The notes beneath the pieces were generated by a model that did not search any database, was not told the DNA's origin, and saw nothing but the letters and a program-made list of their open reading frames with translations. Shown here piece by piece: positions 50,472 through 62,439 of a stretch of DNA of 64,000 nucleotides; position 1 is the first letter of the stretch; each line of letters begins with the position of its first letter. This DNA is from Lama guanicoe (taxonomy: Eukaryota), in assembly GCA_013239625.1 (NCBI GenBank), contig MU053472.1:3197822-3261821 (forward strand), written 5' to 3'. The position numbers were made by a program, and so were the translations under genes.

Positions 50472-51350
50472 GACTGCTATGAGCTGAATTCTGTCCTCTT
50501 CCCACCCCAGTTCATATGCTGTAGCCGTAACCCCGGTACCTCAGAATGTGACTTTATTTGGAGTTAGGGATTAAGAAGAAGTGATTAAGTTAAAAGGAAC
50601 CATTAGGGTGGACTCTGATCCTATCTGGCTGGTGTCCTTATAAAAGGAAGAGACTCGAACATCCAGAAGAGACACCAGGGGAGCATGTGCACAGAGAAAA
50701 GGCCATCTGCAGACACAGAACGCACGTCAAGGGAAGAGGCATTAGAAGAGACCAACCCTGCCAACATCTTGAGCCTAGACTTCTAGCCTCCAGAACTGTG
50801 AGAAAACACATTTTTGTTGTTGAAGCCACCCAGTCTATGGCAGCCCTAGCAAACTAATAGAATGACCCTATGACGTAAGATGGTATGTTAGTTTCCTGAG
50901 GCTGTTGTGACAAATTATCACAAACACGGGGCTTGAAACAAACAAAATCCATTCTCTCACAGTCCTGGAGATTAGAAGCCTGAAACAAAGATGTCAGCAG
51001 AGCTGCACTCTCCCTCAAAGCTCTGAAAGAAGAATCTGTTTCCTGCCTCTCCCAGCTTCTCGTATCCACTGGCATTCCTTGGTATGAGGCTACGTGACTC
51101 CAGTCTTTGCCTCTGTGGTCCTATTTGTCCTCCTTTTCTCTGTGTATGTTTTGCTCCGTGTCTCTTTTATAAGGACACCTGTCACTGGATTGAGGGTCCA
51201 CCCAGATAATGCAGTATGATCTCATCCCAAAATCCTTAACTTGATTATATATCTGCAAAGACTCATTTCCCAAATAAGGTAACATTTACAGGTTCCATGC
51301 ATTAGGATTTGGACATATCTTTTGAGGGGTCATCATTCAGTCCACTACAT
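50472..51350. mobile_element. two MaLR (MLT1-type) LTRs in opposite orientation
   Basis: gacttctagcctccagaactgtgaga ... gcagccctagcaaactaat, then a reverse copy (tctcacagtcctgga..., ttataaggacacc); family from memory. Confidence 0.7.
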
Positions 51351-52219
51351 GGTATCTACCCCATTTCACAGATGAAGAGACTGAGGTCCGGAGTTGTGAG
51401 GTGACTTGCCATTCCTCCTCTGGTTCGATCATCTTGAGGTACAAATTCTGGAAGCAAGGATGTAATTCCAGAAGCTTCTCTCCTTCTTTCCAAATCAATG
51501 AGCACAATGTTTACTCTTTGGGTTTTAGATACTGAAAGCAGGGGTCTTGCTTAAGGGAGTCTGGAGACGGTGGATATTTACATTTTTTTCTACCCATATC
51601 AGTCAAGAAAATAGAAACCACCCTGAGTATTTAAAAGAGGGGGCATGTAATATAGGGGGTTGGTTACACTCTGACGGAGGAGCTGAGAAGCACACAGGGG
51701 ACAGTGAGGCAGCCCAATGATGAGCAACAGCATAAAGCCATGAACACCCTGAGGCTAGAGGGACAAAGAGAAGGACAGTGTAATCAGATCTCTGGAGCTG
51801 GGTTAACCCAGAGAATCAAGAAACATGGTGGACTTACCCAGTGGGAGCTGGAGTCAGGGAGACAATAACAGCCATCACAGGAGAAATCACCCAGCACAGA
51901 GAACAAAGGGGAAAAACACACCCCATCCTCTCCCTCCCTCTAATCTTTCATCAGTGTCTCCTGTTAGTCCAGCTCAACCAGGAGCCAGGTGACATGGAGC
52001 TTGGGAAATGTAGCCGGCAGGGGTCAGCCCCACTGTACCCCACAGCACAGAGCAGGACCTCTGAAGTTTAAGGAGTCGATCTGAGGGCAAATGTGCCCAG
52101 GACTAGCACTACCCTGTAGCCACTCCCCCGCTGGTAAAAGCACACTGGGATTCCTGTGGGACACAACCCCTTCACTCCTTACCTAATTCTGGGTTTGTTT
52201 TTCACTTGATAATACTAAC

Positions 52220-52342
52220 CTTCAGGGCTTCCTGGAGCTTGCATATTTCACTTTCCAAAATGCAAAACCGTTGTTTTAGGGTGTGAAGTTCTCGGTGGCA
52301 GAAACGGGATGGAAAGATGCAATCTTTCAATACTTCTAAACT
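52220..52342 (-). CDS. PRR11: PRR11 coding exon 3
   Basis: aatcttag| ... AAG|gttagt; 123 nt; [41 protein letters not shown]. Confidence 0.94.
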
Positions 52343-52574
52343 CTAAGATTCAAAAATAAACAAGCCAGAAACCAATGAGTAACATGATAAGGACAAGAAA
52401 GTGGTGTGATGTATGTTTTCAAAGTGAAAGCAGACATGACCACATCGTTTCATCTTACGTGAGCTTAGCCTGAGTGTTTGGCTGACCTGAGCACACACAC
52501 ATGTGCACACATATACCAAGTGTGTAGAAAAACAGTATTGCTGAAAACACATTTGTCATTTGTCAAACCCATAC

Positions 52575-52725
52575 CTGGGCCACGCAGTTCTGGCACCAGT
52601 TGTATAAAGACCATACTCTATTTGTCCAAAGCTTTACCACATCTTTGATATTGGGAAATTTGAAGTTCCATGATGGTCTCAGCCAGCTTCTGCTAAGGGT
52701 TGTATCTGTTGAAGGAATAACCACT
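52575..52725 (-). CDS. PRR11: PRR11 coding exon 2
   Basis: cccacag| ... CAG|gtatgg; 151 nt; [50 protein letters not shown]. Confidence 0.94.
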
Positions 52726-53820
52726 CTGTGGGAAAAACAAAACCAAACAAAGCAGAAACTCCTCAGTTGGAATAACAGCCTCTAATTAAATAATGTTAGT
52801 TTTATAGTATGACTGAGGAGCAGAGACTACTGAAAGTCAAATTCTTCATTAAATTCTAGAGTTCCAGATTCACTTATGCAACAAATATTTGTTGAGTAAA
52901 TAAATAGTAATAAATAAAATAAAATAGTAAAGAAATAGACATCAGGGATTTAGTAATGAACAGAATAGACAAAAACTCTGCCCTCACAGAATTTACAGTT
53001 TCATGAAAGAAAAGTAAAAATAAGTAAATAAACAACATGTGGGTTGTCAGACAGTGGAACAAATGCTAAGGAGAAAAAGATAAAGCAAGAGAGAGGGAAT
53101 GTGAAATGCTGGGTGGAGGTGAAAATTTAGGGAATGTCTCACTGAGATGGTGACTTCTGAGGGGAAAAAAAAAAAAACAAAAGGAAGTAAAGAAACCAGC
53201 AAAGCAAATATCTGGGAGAAAAGCATTTCAGGCATGGGCAACAGTAAGTGCAAAGGCCCTAAGGTGGAAGCTTGCTGGAAGTGTTTGAGGAATAGGAAGG
53301 AGGCCAGATGACTAGAGTGGAAAGACTGAAAGGAAAAGGATGAAGAAATAATGTGAGTCAAACCATAAAGGCCTTGGGGGGGTCTTACAAAGTACTTTCA
53401 TTTTTACTCTGATAGAAGAAGACCTTGGAGCGTTTTAAGCAGAAGCGCTAATATGACATTATTTTAATAGGCTCACTCTGGCTGCTATGTTGAAATACAT
53501 GGAAGGTGGAGCAAAGACAGAGCAGAAAGGCCAGTTGGGGGCTTTTTCAATATTCAGGAGAGAGAGGAGTTAAGGATGATGTCATGGTTACTGCTTTTTG
53601 AGGGTCTGTTTGTTTTCAAATTTTTTCTGTAAAGAGAGCTATAACAAAATGTATAAAGTAAATTATTGTGAAACCTACTACCCTAGAGCTCATAGAATTT
53701 AGAGTCTCTTTTGATAACACATTTACGCCTTGAATCCCAGAGAATAAACGACCAAACTTCACCAAAATGAAGATTTAAATTCCAGTCCTATTCCCCTCTT
53801 TTCATCACAAGTATATTACA

Positions 53821-54082
53821 GGGGGTGGGAAGAGATAAATTGGGAGTTCAAGATTTGCAGATACAAACTACTACATATAAAAATAGATAAAAGACAAAAT
53901 TTTTCTGTATAGTACACAGAACTATATTCAATATGTTATAGTAACCTTTAATGAAAAAGAATATGAAAATGAATATATGTACGTATATGTATGACTGAAA
54001 CATTATGCTATACACCAGAAATTAATATGCTGTAACTGACTATACTTCAATTAAAAAATAAATAAGTAAGTAAATAAATGAA
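53821..54082 (+). mobile_element. L1 3' end
   Basis: L1 3' UTR plus tail; TSD acaagtatattaca on both sides. Confidence 0.8.
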
Positions 54083-54247
54083 ACAAGTATATTACAAATG
54101 TTGCACAGGACAATGCAAAAAGCATTCTTTGTTTATCTAAAATTCAAATTTAATTAGGCATTCTATATTTTTATTTGCTCAATCTGGTAAATTGTTCCTA
54201 AATTGATCAGGTTTTTAATATTTAATCTGTTCCACATTATGCCTTAC

Positions 54248-54375
54248 CTTTCTGGTGAGGGTGGCGGAGGAGGAGGTGTAATCAGCTTAGACTGAAAGTA
54301 AGAAGCTTCTTTTCTTTTGAATAATCTTTTAGCTTTGGCTTTTAGTTTTCTTCTTCTTTGCTTGAACTTGGGCAT
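54248..54375 (-). CDS. PRR11: PRR11 first coding exon
   Basis: Acceptor ttctctacag|AAATC ATG (exon starts 54380); [43 protein letters not shown]; donor AG|gtaagg; 128 coding nt. Confidence 0.95.
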
Positions 54376-54686
54376 GATTTCTGTAGAGAAAATTTGTTTT
54401 TACATTTTTTATTGAAGAATAATACACACACATATGAAATACAGAAGTTTTGACTGTATAGTTCAATGAATTATCACAAAAGGAACACACCCTTGCAACC
54501 ATTACCTTGGTTAGGAAATAGGTCATTACTAGCAACCCAGAACTCCCTTGAACTGGTGGAAAATTTAAACCCAGATTTAAACTATCTCTAGAGACACCTT
54601 GGCTTTGGCATTATATTACTCTGTAATTTTGTTTTGCTTGTTTGGCTTTTCTTCATTAAGACAAGTGAATTTTCCTTTCTTTATAA

Positions 54687-56257
54687 TGAAATCGAGCAGG
54701 GGAAATGCAAATCAAAATTACAATGAGGTATTACTTCACAACAGTCAGAATGGCCATCATTAAAAAGTCTACAGGTAGTAAATGCCAGAGAGGGTATGGA
54801 GAAAAAGGAACCCTCCTACACTGTTGGTGGGAATGTAAATTGGTGTAGCCACTATGGAGAACAGTATGGAGGTTCCTTAAAAAAAAAAAATAGAATGACT
54901 CTATGATCCAGCAACCTTACCCCTGGGCATATATCTCAGGAGAAAATTAGATAAAACTAATGTTATCTAATAAAAATATATGTTCATAGCAGCACTATTT
55001 ACAATAGCCAAGTCATGGAAGCAACCTAAATGTCCACTGACAGATGACTGGACAAAGATGTGATTTTATACACACACACACACATGTGCACATGCGTGTG
55101 TGGAATATTACTCAGCCATAAAAAAGAATGAAAATTTGCCATTTGCAACAATGTGGATGGACCTAGAGGGTATTATGCTTAGTGAAGTAAGTTGGAGAAA
55201 GACAAATACTGTATGTATGGAAATACAAATACAAATACTGTATGGACTTAAGAGATTATCATATTAAGTGAAGTAAATCAGACAGAGAAAGACAAATATC
55301 ATATATCACTTGTATGTGATATCTTAATAAAATGAGACAAATGAATTTATTTACAAAACAAATAAACTCACAAATATAGAAAACAAACTTTGGTTACCAA
55401 TGGGGAAGGAGGGGAGGGATAAATTGGGGGTTTGGGATTAACATATACACACTATTATATATAAAATAGACAGACAACAAAGACCTACTGTGTAGCACAG
55501 GGACCTGTATTCAGTAATCTTGTAATAATCTATAATGGAAAAGAATCTGAAAAAATACACACACACACACGTATATTTGAATCACTTTGCTATATACTTG
55601 AAACTAACACAATGTAAGTCAACTATATTTCAATAAAAAAAGATAAGAAATAAAGAACTCAAGCAGGACCTTGCAGGGCCTCCCCAGTACAGAAGCCCTT
55701 CCATGTCCCCTTGTTTGTTGTCTTTTAGGTCTTCCCTAAGTTCCAAAGAGCAGACTCAAGCAGTTACAAACTAGAGAGGTGAGGGTATGCAGAAACAAAG
55801 GAAAAGCACTCAAGTGGGAAAAGTAATGTTAGTTTAAACAATCTTCCAGAGATAAAACAGTCACAGGACTCCTAGTTCCTCCTCAAGGGATATACATAAC
55901 AATGTGATGCATATCTTCCAGTTGTTGTGCAGAAACTAAGACTACAGCCAAGACTGGTTGGAACCACAATGTTGGTGATTAAGATTTCCAAAACATCACG
56001 CTGTTCCCTTACCACCAACCAGTCAGAAGGAAGTCCACCAGAAGATCACACATCCTGTGACCTCCACCCCTAATGTTGCCTTTAAAAATTCTTGCTTGAA
56101 GGCCATCAAGGAGTTCGGGTCTTTTGAGCTCTAGCTGCCCTTTCTCCTTGCTTGATGCCCTGCAAATAAATGTTGTACCTTCCTTCACTACAACTGGTGT
56201 CAGTAGATTAGCTTTGCTGTGCGTTGGGAAAGCGGACCCAAGTTTGGTTTGGTAACA
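54687..56257 (+). mobile_element. ERV1-type solo LTR split by the L1
   Basis: TG at 54687, ends GGTAACA at 56257, 4-bp TSD ATAA on both sides; AATAAA near 56165. Confidence 0.8.
54701..55654 (+). mobile_element. LINE-1 3' fragment inserted into a solo LTR
   Basis: ORF2 end, 3' UTR and A tail; degenerate TSD GAAATCGAGCAGG (54688-54700) / GAACTCAAGCAGG (55655-55667). Confidence 0.85.
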
Positions 56258-57967
56258 ATAACAGAGAAGATGGTTATAGCTGGGTTACATAAGTAATTAA
56301 AAACAAATGAGTTCCTTTGTCACTAACATTTACTGAGCATCAACTGTACTAGGTGGAATTGGTAGTGAAAGAAACAAAATTAACCATTTATTGAATGCTC
56401 ATTTACTTTTAGGCACCTTCACATACATTTTCTCAGTGAGTCATTTTCATGCAGGATATTTTCCCTGAGGAAGAGGATTTTTATTTCCATTTTTACATAG
56501 GAATAAACTGAAGCTTAGAAAGATGAGATGATTTGCCTGATGTAATGCAATAAAATATGAAGTCTAGGTTTGTAATTCTCCCAAGACCACATTCTTCCTA
56601 ATACACTGGGGTGCAATAGTAGAATAGGAGATATACAATGTAATAACAATGACTCCAAATCTAAGATATGGGTGTTTCAAAATGCTTATTTTAAACCACT
56701 ATGAGATACTTAACTAGTATATTTAAATTTTAATCCAGATGCTTTTCTGAAGAAAATTATGTCAGAGCTGGTTTGATGTGAAGAGGGGCTTTGCTGGTTT
56801 TCGTTGTTGCTACCTGAGGAACAAAGATGTCCTTATTCAAGTAGCAGAACTAAAAAATGGTCTCAAGGGCTGGGCCTCCTTCTCTTCAAACTTACATTTG
56901 AATAGGAACAATCGGCTTTTAAAATGCACATTCATTCCACTTTTGTTCACCCTGCAACCTTCCTGCACTTGGTATGCAGCACTAGGCTTGCTCAGTTTTC
57001 AGATTCCAAGGGCTGGAGAACCTCCCCCGACCCTGCGTGGGTTGTAAAAACTAAGAAAGGTTTTAGCTCCAAGAGCACTGGACTTGCGGAGGGCACTCTT
57101 CATGGAAATGGATGACAGACTGTACATCAACAGCCCTTCTAGGAGTAAAGGTTCTTCATAACTAATTGCCAGGCCTCAAGTTAACTAATTGCCAGGCCTC
57201 AAATTAAGAGTGTTTTTCTTAATTGTTCTTAGAGGCTAGGTAGACATACCACAGAAATAGTTAGCAGACTTCACCTATATTTACCATTTTCCCTTCCTGC
57301 TGAAATTATGAAGGAAGGCTGAGCAGGGATTATTAAACACAAGGGATGTCTAAAGGATTGATTGAAAACAAACAAACAAAAAACACTTAAAGTAACACAA
57401 AAGAAAAATACTCTGAAATAAAGATATTTAGGAAAGCCTCAGGAAGTAACAAAATTGTGGTTGCCTGGAAAAGAAGTTAAACCTCATCAAATGCATAACC
57501 AAGACTGCCTATGAAGAAAAGTCACTGGAAACCTCTATCCAAAGCACAGACTTAACTGAGATGCCCAGAATCTGAGATTTCCATGGTAACATCCCCTTGT
57601 CTTCTATCTGCCCCTTTGCAGCCCTCCCCTCTTCTGTTCTCTCTCTCTCTTTGAAGTCTTTTGTTAGAGATCAAGTGGGCACAGAGACCAGACCTCCCGC
57701 TCCCTTTTCTCTGTATTTACCAATCTCTCAGTTATGAAAATAGACTTTTGAAAGGAGCTGGACAATCCGGTTCAACTTGGGGGAGTGACTCTATACCTTA
57801 ACCTCCACTCCAATAAGATGCTGGGGTTGGCACCAACTAGTACATTTTTAGGAAGTCTGTGAGTCAGTTGTTAAACAAATCTACTGTTCAAATTAAATTA
57901 TACGAACTATACAATTAGATGATTTATATTTTATAAGGGAACAAGTACACAAAACTCACCACTTCCT

Positions 57968-58441
57968 TGTGGGATCTGGTGGGCTGGGTTTGTGGGCAAT
58001 AAAAGAATGTACTAGAGACAAAGGAGGGGTATAGTAAAGTTTATTAGGTACACTGCCAGAAACAACAGCGGGCCACACAGATGGGAGGTGCCTGTGTGCC
58101 CCAAAGGTGAAAGTTTAGGGTCTTTTATGGGGAAGGGGCTGGTGAACACAGGGAGCTGCATGATCAGCTTGTGCACAGGTTTCTGACTGGTTGTAGGTGA
58201 AGTAAGAAAGTTAGAATCCATGAAGGGGCAGTGGGGTTTATGACTCTGATAAGGTAGACATGGTTGAAACCAACCAGCCTGAGTTATTGTGGGATTAGGC
58301 ATTACCTAGGGCCATTCATTCTGCCAGGGCAAACACATGTCAGAAAAGAACATACTTCATCTTCTGAGGGACTGCAGGTGGACATCTGGGAGCCCAGGAA
58401 TGGGGGTTGCTGGACTTTGAAGGACGCCAGTTTGTCCCACA
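57968..58441 (-). mobile_element. solo LTR with 5-bp TSD
   Basis: Inverted ends TGTGGGA...TCCCACA; TSD TTCCT at 57963-57967 and 58442-58446; minus-strand CATAAAAG and AATAAA (58040-58045). Confidence 0.85.
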
Positions 58442-60728
58442 TTCCTAATGATTTACTATGATGTATATGCTCTTGAGGGTTTTTTGTTTGTTTTTTTTTT
58501 ACCTTATTGTGAAAATGCTATAGAATGGTGTATAGTAATTTCTTATTTTTTTCCCAACTCCCCATTCAGTCAATTCACATTGGAAACTTGAAATTGGCCT
58601 TGATGGGAGTATTTACACCATGTATACTATAAAACACTACAAATTAGGACTTGATTTATTATTTTTTTGATTGTCAAAAAAATGATGAAAAAAATGTTAC
58701 TAGGTCTGACTAAACTTAAAAGTGTACCCTGTATGTAGTAGTTACATTGTGAACAGCACACAAAAAAAATCAAGGAATATTATTCCAGTATTTGAAAACC
58801 ATTATCTGATTCATCAAAGAAGTTGCTTACCGAAGTGAAGTTCCAATGTAAATCTCTGTGTTTTGTTTTTGTCTCACTCCAGAGTAAATGAAAATATCAA
58901 CCAACATTTACATCAGGACCAAGCTTGTTCATAAATTGCAACCATATGTTGGTTACAAATATAAGAAGTCTATTAAAAAAAATCAATAATAGCATTCAGT
59001 GAGACTCACTGGTTATATGAAATTTATAAGAGTGTTATACATTTTATTGTTGTTTATAATAATGATGTTATATACTTTATCAGTATGTAATATCAGCAAA
59101 TTCATAATAAAATTATGCATGTACATGTATTAAACATTGATTAGCACACTATTGCTCTACTCTCTTCTGAAACATCATAAAAAGGCAGTAAAGAAATAAA
59201 AAAGGCATGAACCCATAGGACAAAGATTGGGTGTAGACACTATAGTGGATGATAGATATCAACTAAATTGTGGAAAATGGAAAGCAGTGGTAACTGACTT
59301 GGCAGAGCAGAGGAAAGCTGAGGCTTGACTGACTGGTAGGGAAGCCAGGAGGAAACAAGACAAGTCCCAGAACTTTGAGAAGATCCAGGACTTGAAAGCA
59401 CTTGGTACTTTTGAAGGATTGGGGTAGGGCTTAAACTGGACTGATTAGAAGTCTTCATAAGGATTGGATAGGCCTTTGATGGTCTGCCCTCCAGTCCTTG
59501 CAGCCTGGTTTTCATTTCTTGGACAGGTTTATTCTCTGGAGAAGTTGAACCTAGAGGGACTGAATTCTGGGCCACCAAGCATAGCACGGTCACGTGTGCA
59601 TCACTATGCAGAGGACACGGAATGATCTTGAACCAAAAAGTGAGACATTCAATTCTCTTCCTCAGCTCTTGGCTCCCAAAACACAGGCCACTAGGTTTAA
59701 TTCCCCGCCTCAAACTCCTACATCTCTCTTTCTGCCTGGAGGAGATCAGAGGATTCTTCTCCAGGGAAATTGGCTGGCCAAGAATAGAGACGTACAGATA
59801 TTGACATTTGGGTTCTACCGAAAATGGCCAAAGAGATTCTAAAAGCTTCCAGAGACAAAACACAATTTAGATACAGAGGACAGAGAACAGAATGACCTCA
59901 GATTTCAACAACCACACGGCAATTCTGAAGGAAAATGTTTATCATCCAAAAATTCTATACCTGGCCAAACTTACAGTCAGTCAAGTGTGAAGAAAGAAGA
60001 TCAATAATGGGAATTCCCAGGATAATGGTAACCACAAATCCCAGGAAGACAGCTTTGCAGCAAACCAGGGGTAGGGGTCAGCAAACCTTTTCTGTGAGGG
60101 GCCAGATAATAAATATTTTAGGGTTTGGAAGCCATCTGGTCTGTTATAGCCACTGTAGCATCAAAACAGCCATTAGTCAATACTTTAATGATTATGGGTG
60201 GGTTCCAATAAATTTTATTTATGGCCACTGAAATTTGAATTTCAGAGAATTTTCATGTGCCACAAAACATTATTCTTTTGATTTTTTTCCAGTTATTACA
60301 AATTGTAAAAACCATTCTTAGCTCATGAGACCTATAAAAACAGTGGTTTGCTGACACCTGACTTAACACACAGCCAGTAAAGTGCGCAAGAGTAACAGAG
60401 GGCTTCAGTAAGGAAAAAAACAAAGAAAGAAATTACCTAGTGTGTTTGGCCATTCTGAGCAGTTTACTGTTTTTCTGTAAAGTTAGGGCCAAATTCCTGG
60501 TAAGTGCTTAAAAAAAATCAGCGTATAAAAATGTCTAGAAAAAAAGTTGTACAAGAGACGAAATCATAGTTCAGCTGTTACACAATATTTTATAGTATAA
60601 ATATTGAATGTTTACTTAACTAAAAATTATGATATAGGTATATTGGGAAGATGGAAAGAAAGTGGAAATCAGCAGTTGTCTAAATTTATATACTGTTTAA
60701 CCTTGTAGAGGGAAAAAAGAAATAGTAT

Positions 60729-61180
60729 TGTTACAGCAACGACAGGCCAGCCAAGAAACAAGCACCACTCGGAGGGTTGGAGTACTCAGATTACACCGGC
60801 GGGCTCAGAGGGGCTTCCGTTCCGAAGCTCTGAGCCCCTCCAAAACGTGTGCATGAAGTTTTACAGGGTTAATTACAAGCTTGGGGTATTCGGCCAATAG
60901 GCATGGAACAGCTTTAGCAGCATCATTATCACAAAAGCAGAGGCAGGGAGGCAGTAAACCGCCATTCCAAGGCCAGGTATGTCTTTTTGAAACTCCAGCT
61001 GGCTAGCAAAAAACAAAAACAAAAACAAAGACAAACAAACAAAAAACCATGAGCAGGGAATCACCAAACCGACACTTAATAACTTAGATTTATGAGTTAG
61101 CCCAGTAGAACTCAGATCAGTAATCCGACAATTGTTAAATTTAGATTTACGAGTTAGGCCCAGCCTGCTTTTCCCTCACA
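60729..61180 (-). mobile_element. ERV1-type solo LTR
   Basis: TGTTACA...CTCACA ends; 4-bp flanks GTAT/TTAT; CpGs retained; internal repeat ccgaca..ttagattta(t/c)gagttag. Confidence 0.75.
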
Positions 61181-61383
61181 TTATAACTATATTACTTAGA
61201 AACAGGGAGGTAAATGCCAGAAACAATGACAAAAGTGGATAGTGTTGCCTTTGGCAAGTGGGAGTCAGGATTATAGAAAGAGGAGTCAGATGACTATCAT
61301 TTTTTGTTTGTTTGTTTCTAAGTATATAATAAATGTTGTAGTAGTATTTGACAGTCAACCTGGAAAAATAAGAGTACCACCCT

Positions 61384-62439
61384 TCTACGACAACCTACGG
61401 AATGGCAGAAAAGTTTTGCAAATGAAACCGACAAAGGCTTGATCTCCAGGATATATAAGCAGCTCATACGCCTTAATAAGAAAAAAAAACAAACAACCCA
61501 ATCCCAAAATGGTCAAAAGACCTAAACAAGCAATTCTCCAAGGAAGAAATATAAATGATCAATAGGCACATGAAAAAATGCTCAATATCACTAATTATCA
61601 GAAAATGCAAATCAAAACTACAATGAGGTATCACCTCACACCAGTCAGAATGGCCATCATTCAGAAGTCCACAAATGACAAATGCTGGAGAGGCTGTGGA
61701 GAAAAGGGAACCCTCCTTCACGGCTGGTGGGAATGCAGTTTGGTGCAGCCACTGTGGAAAACAGTGTGGAGATTCCTCAAAAGAGTAGGAATCGACTTAC
61801 CATATGATCCAGGAATCCCACTCCTGGGCATATATCCAGAAGGAACCCTACTTCAGGATGACACCTGCACCCCAATGTTCATAGCAGCATTATTTACAAT
61901 AGCCAAGACATGGAAACAGCAATGTCCATAAGCAGATGACTGGACAAAGAAGATGTGGTGTATTTATATAATGGAATACTATTCAGCCATAAAAACCGAC
62001 AACATAATGCCATTTGCAGCAACATGGATGTTCCTGGAGAATGTCATTCTAAGTGATGTAAGCCAGAAAGAGAAAGAAAAACACCATGTGAGATCGCTCA
62101 TATGTGGAATCTAAAAAACAAAACAAAACAAACAAAAAAAACCCATAAATACAAAACAGAAACGGACTCACAGACATAGAATACAAACTTGTTGTTGCCA
62201 AGGGGGTGAGGGGTGGGAAGGGACAGACTGGGATTTTAAAATGTAGAATAGATAAACAAGATTATACTGTATAGCACAGGGAAATACATACAAGATCTTG
62301 TGGTAGCTCACAGTGAAAATAAAATGTGACAATGAATATATATATGTTCATGTGTAACTGAAAAATTGTGCTCTACACTGGAATTTGACACAACATTGTA
62401 AAATGACTATAACTCAATAAAAAAATGTTTAAAAAAAAA
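61384..62439 (+). mobile_element. young 5'-truncated LINE-1, same subfamily
   Basis: Closely similar to 25230-26260; TSD AAGAGTACCACCCT at 61370-61383 and 62440-62453. Confidence 0.93.

Noticed and set aside
59240..59863. 207-aa minus-strand ORF
   Set aside because: Non-ATG start, no recognisable homology, and it overlaps what looks like ancient L1-derived sequence.
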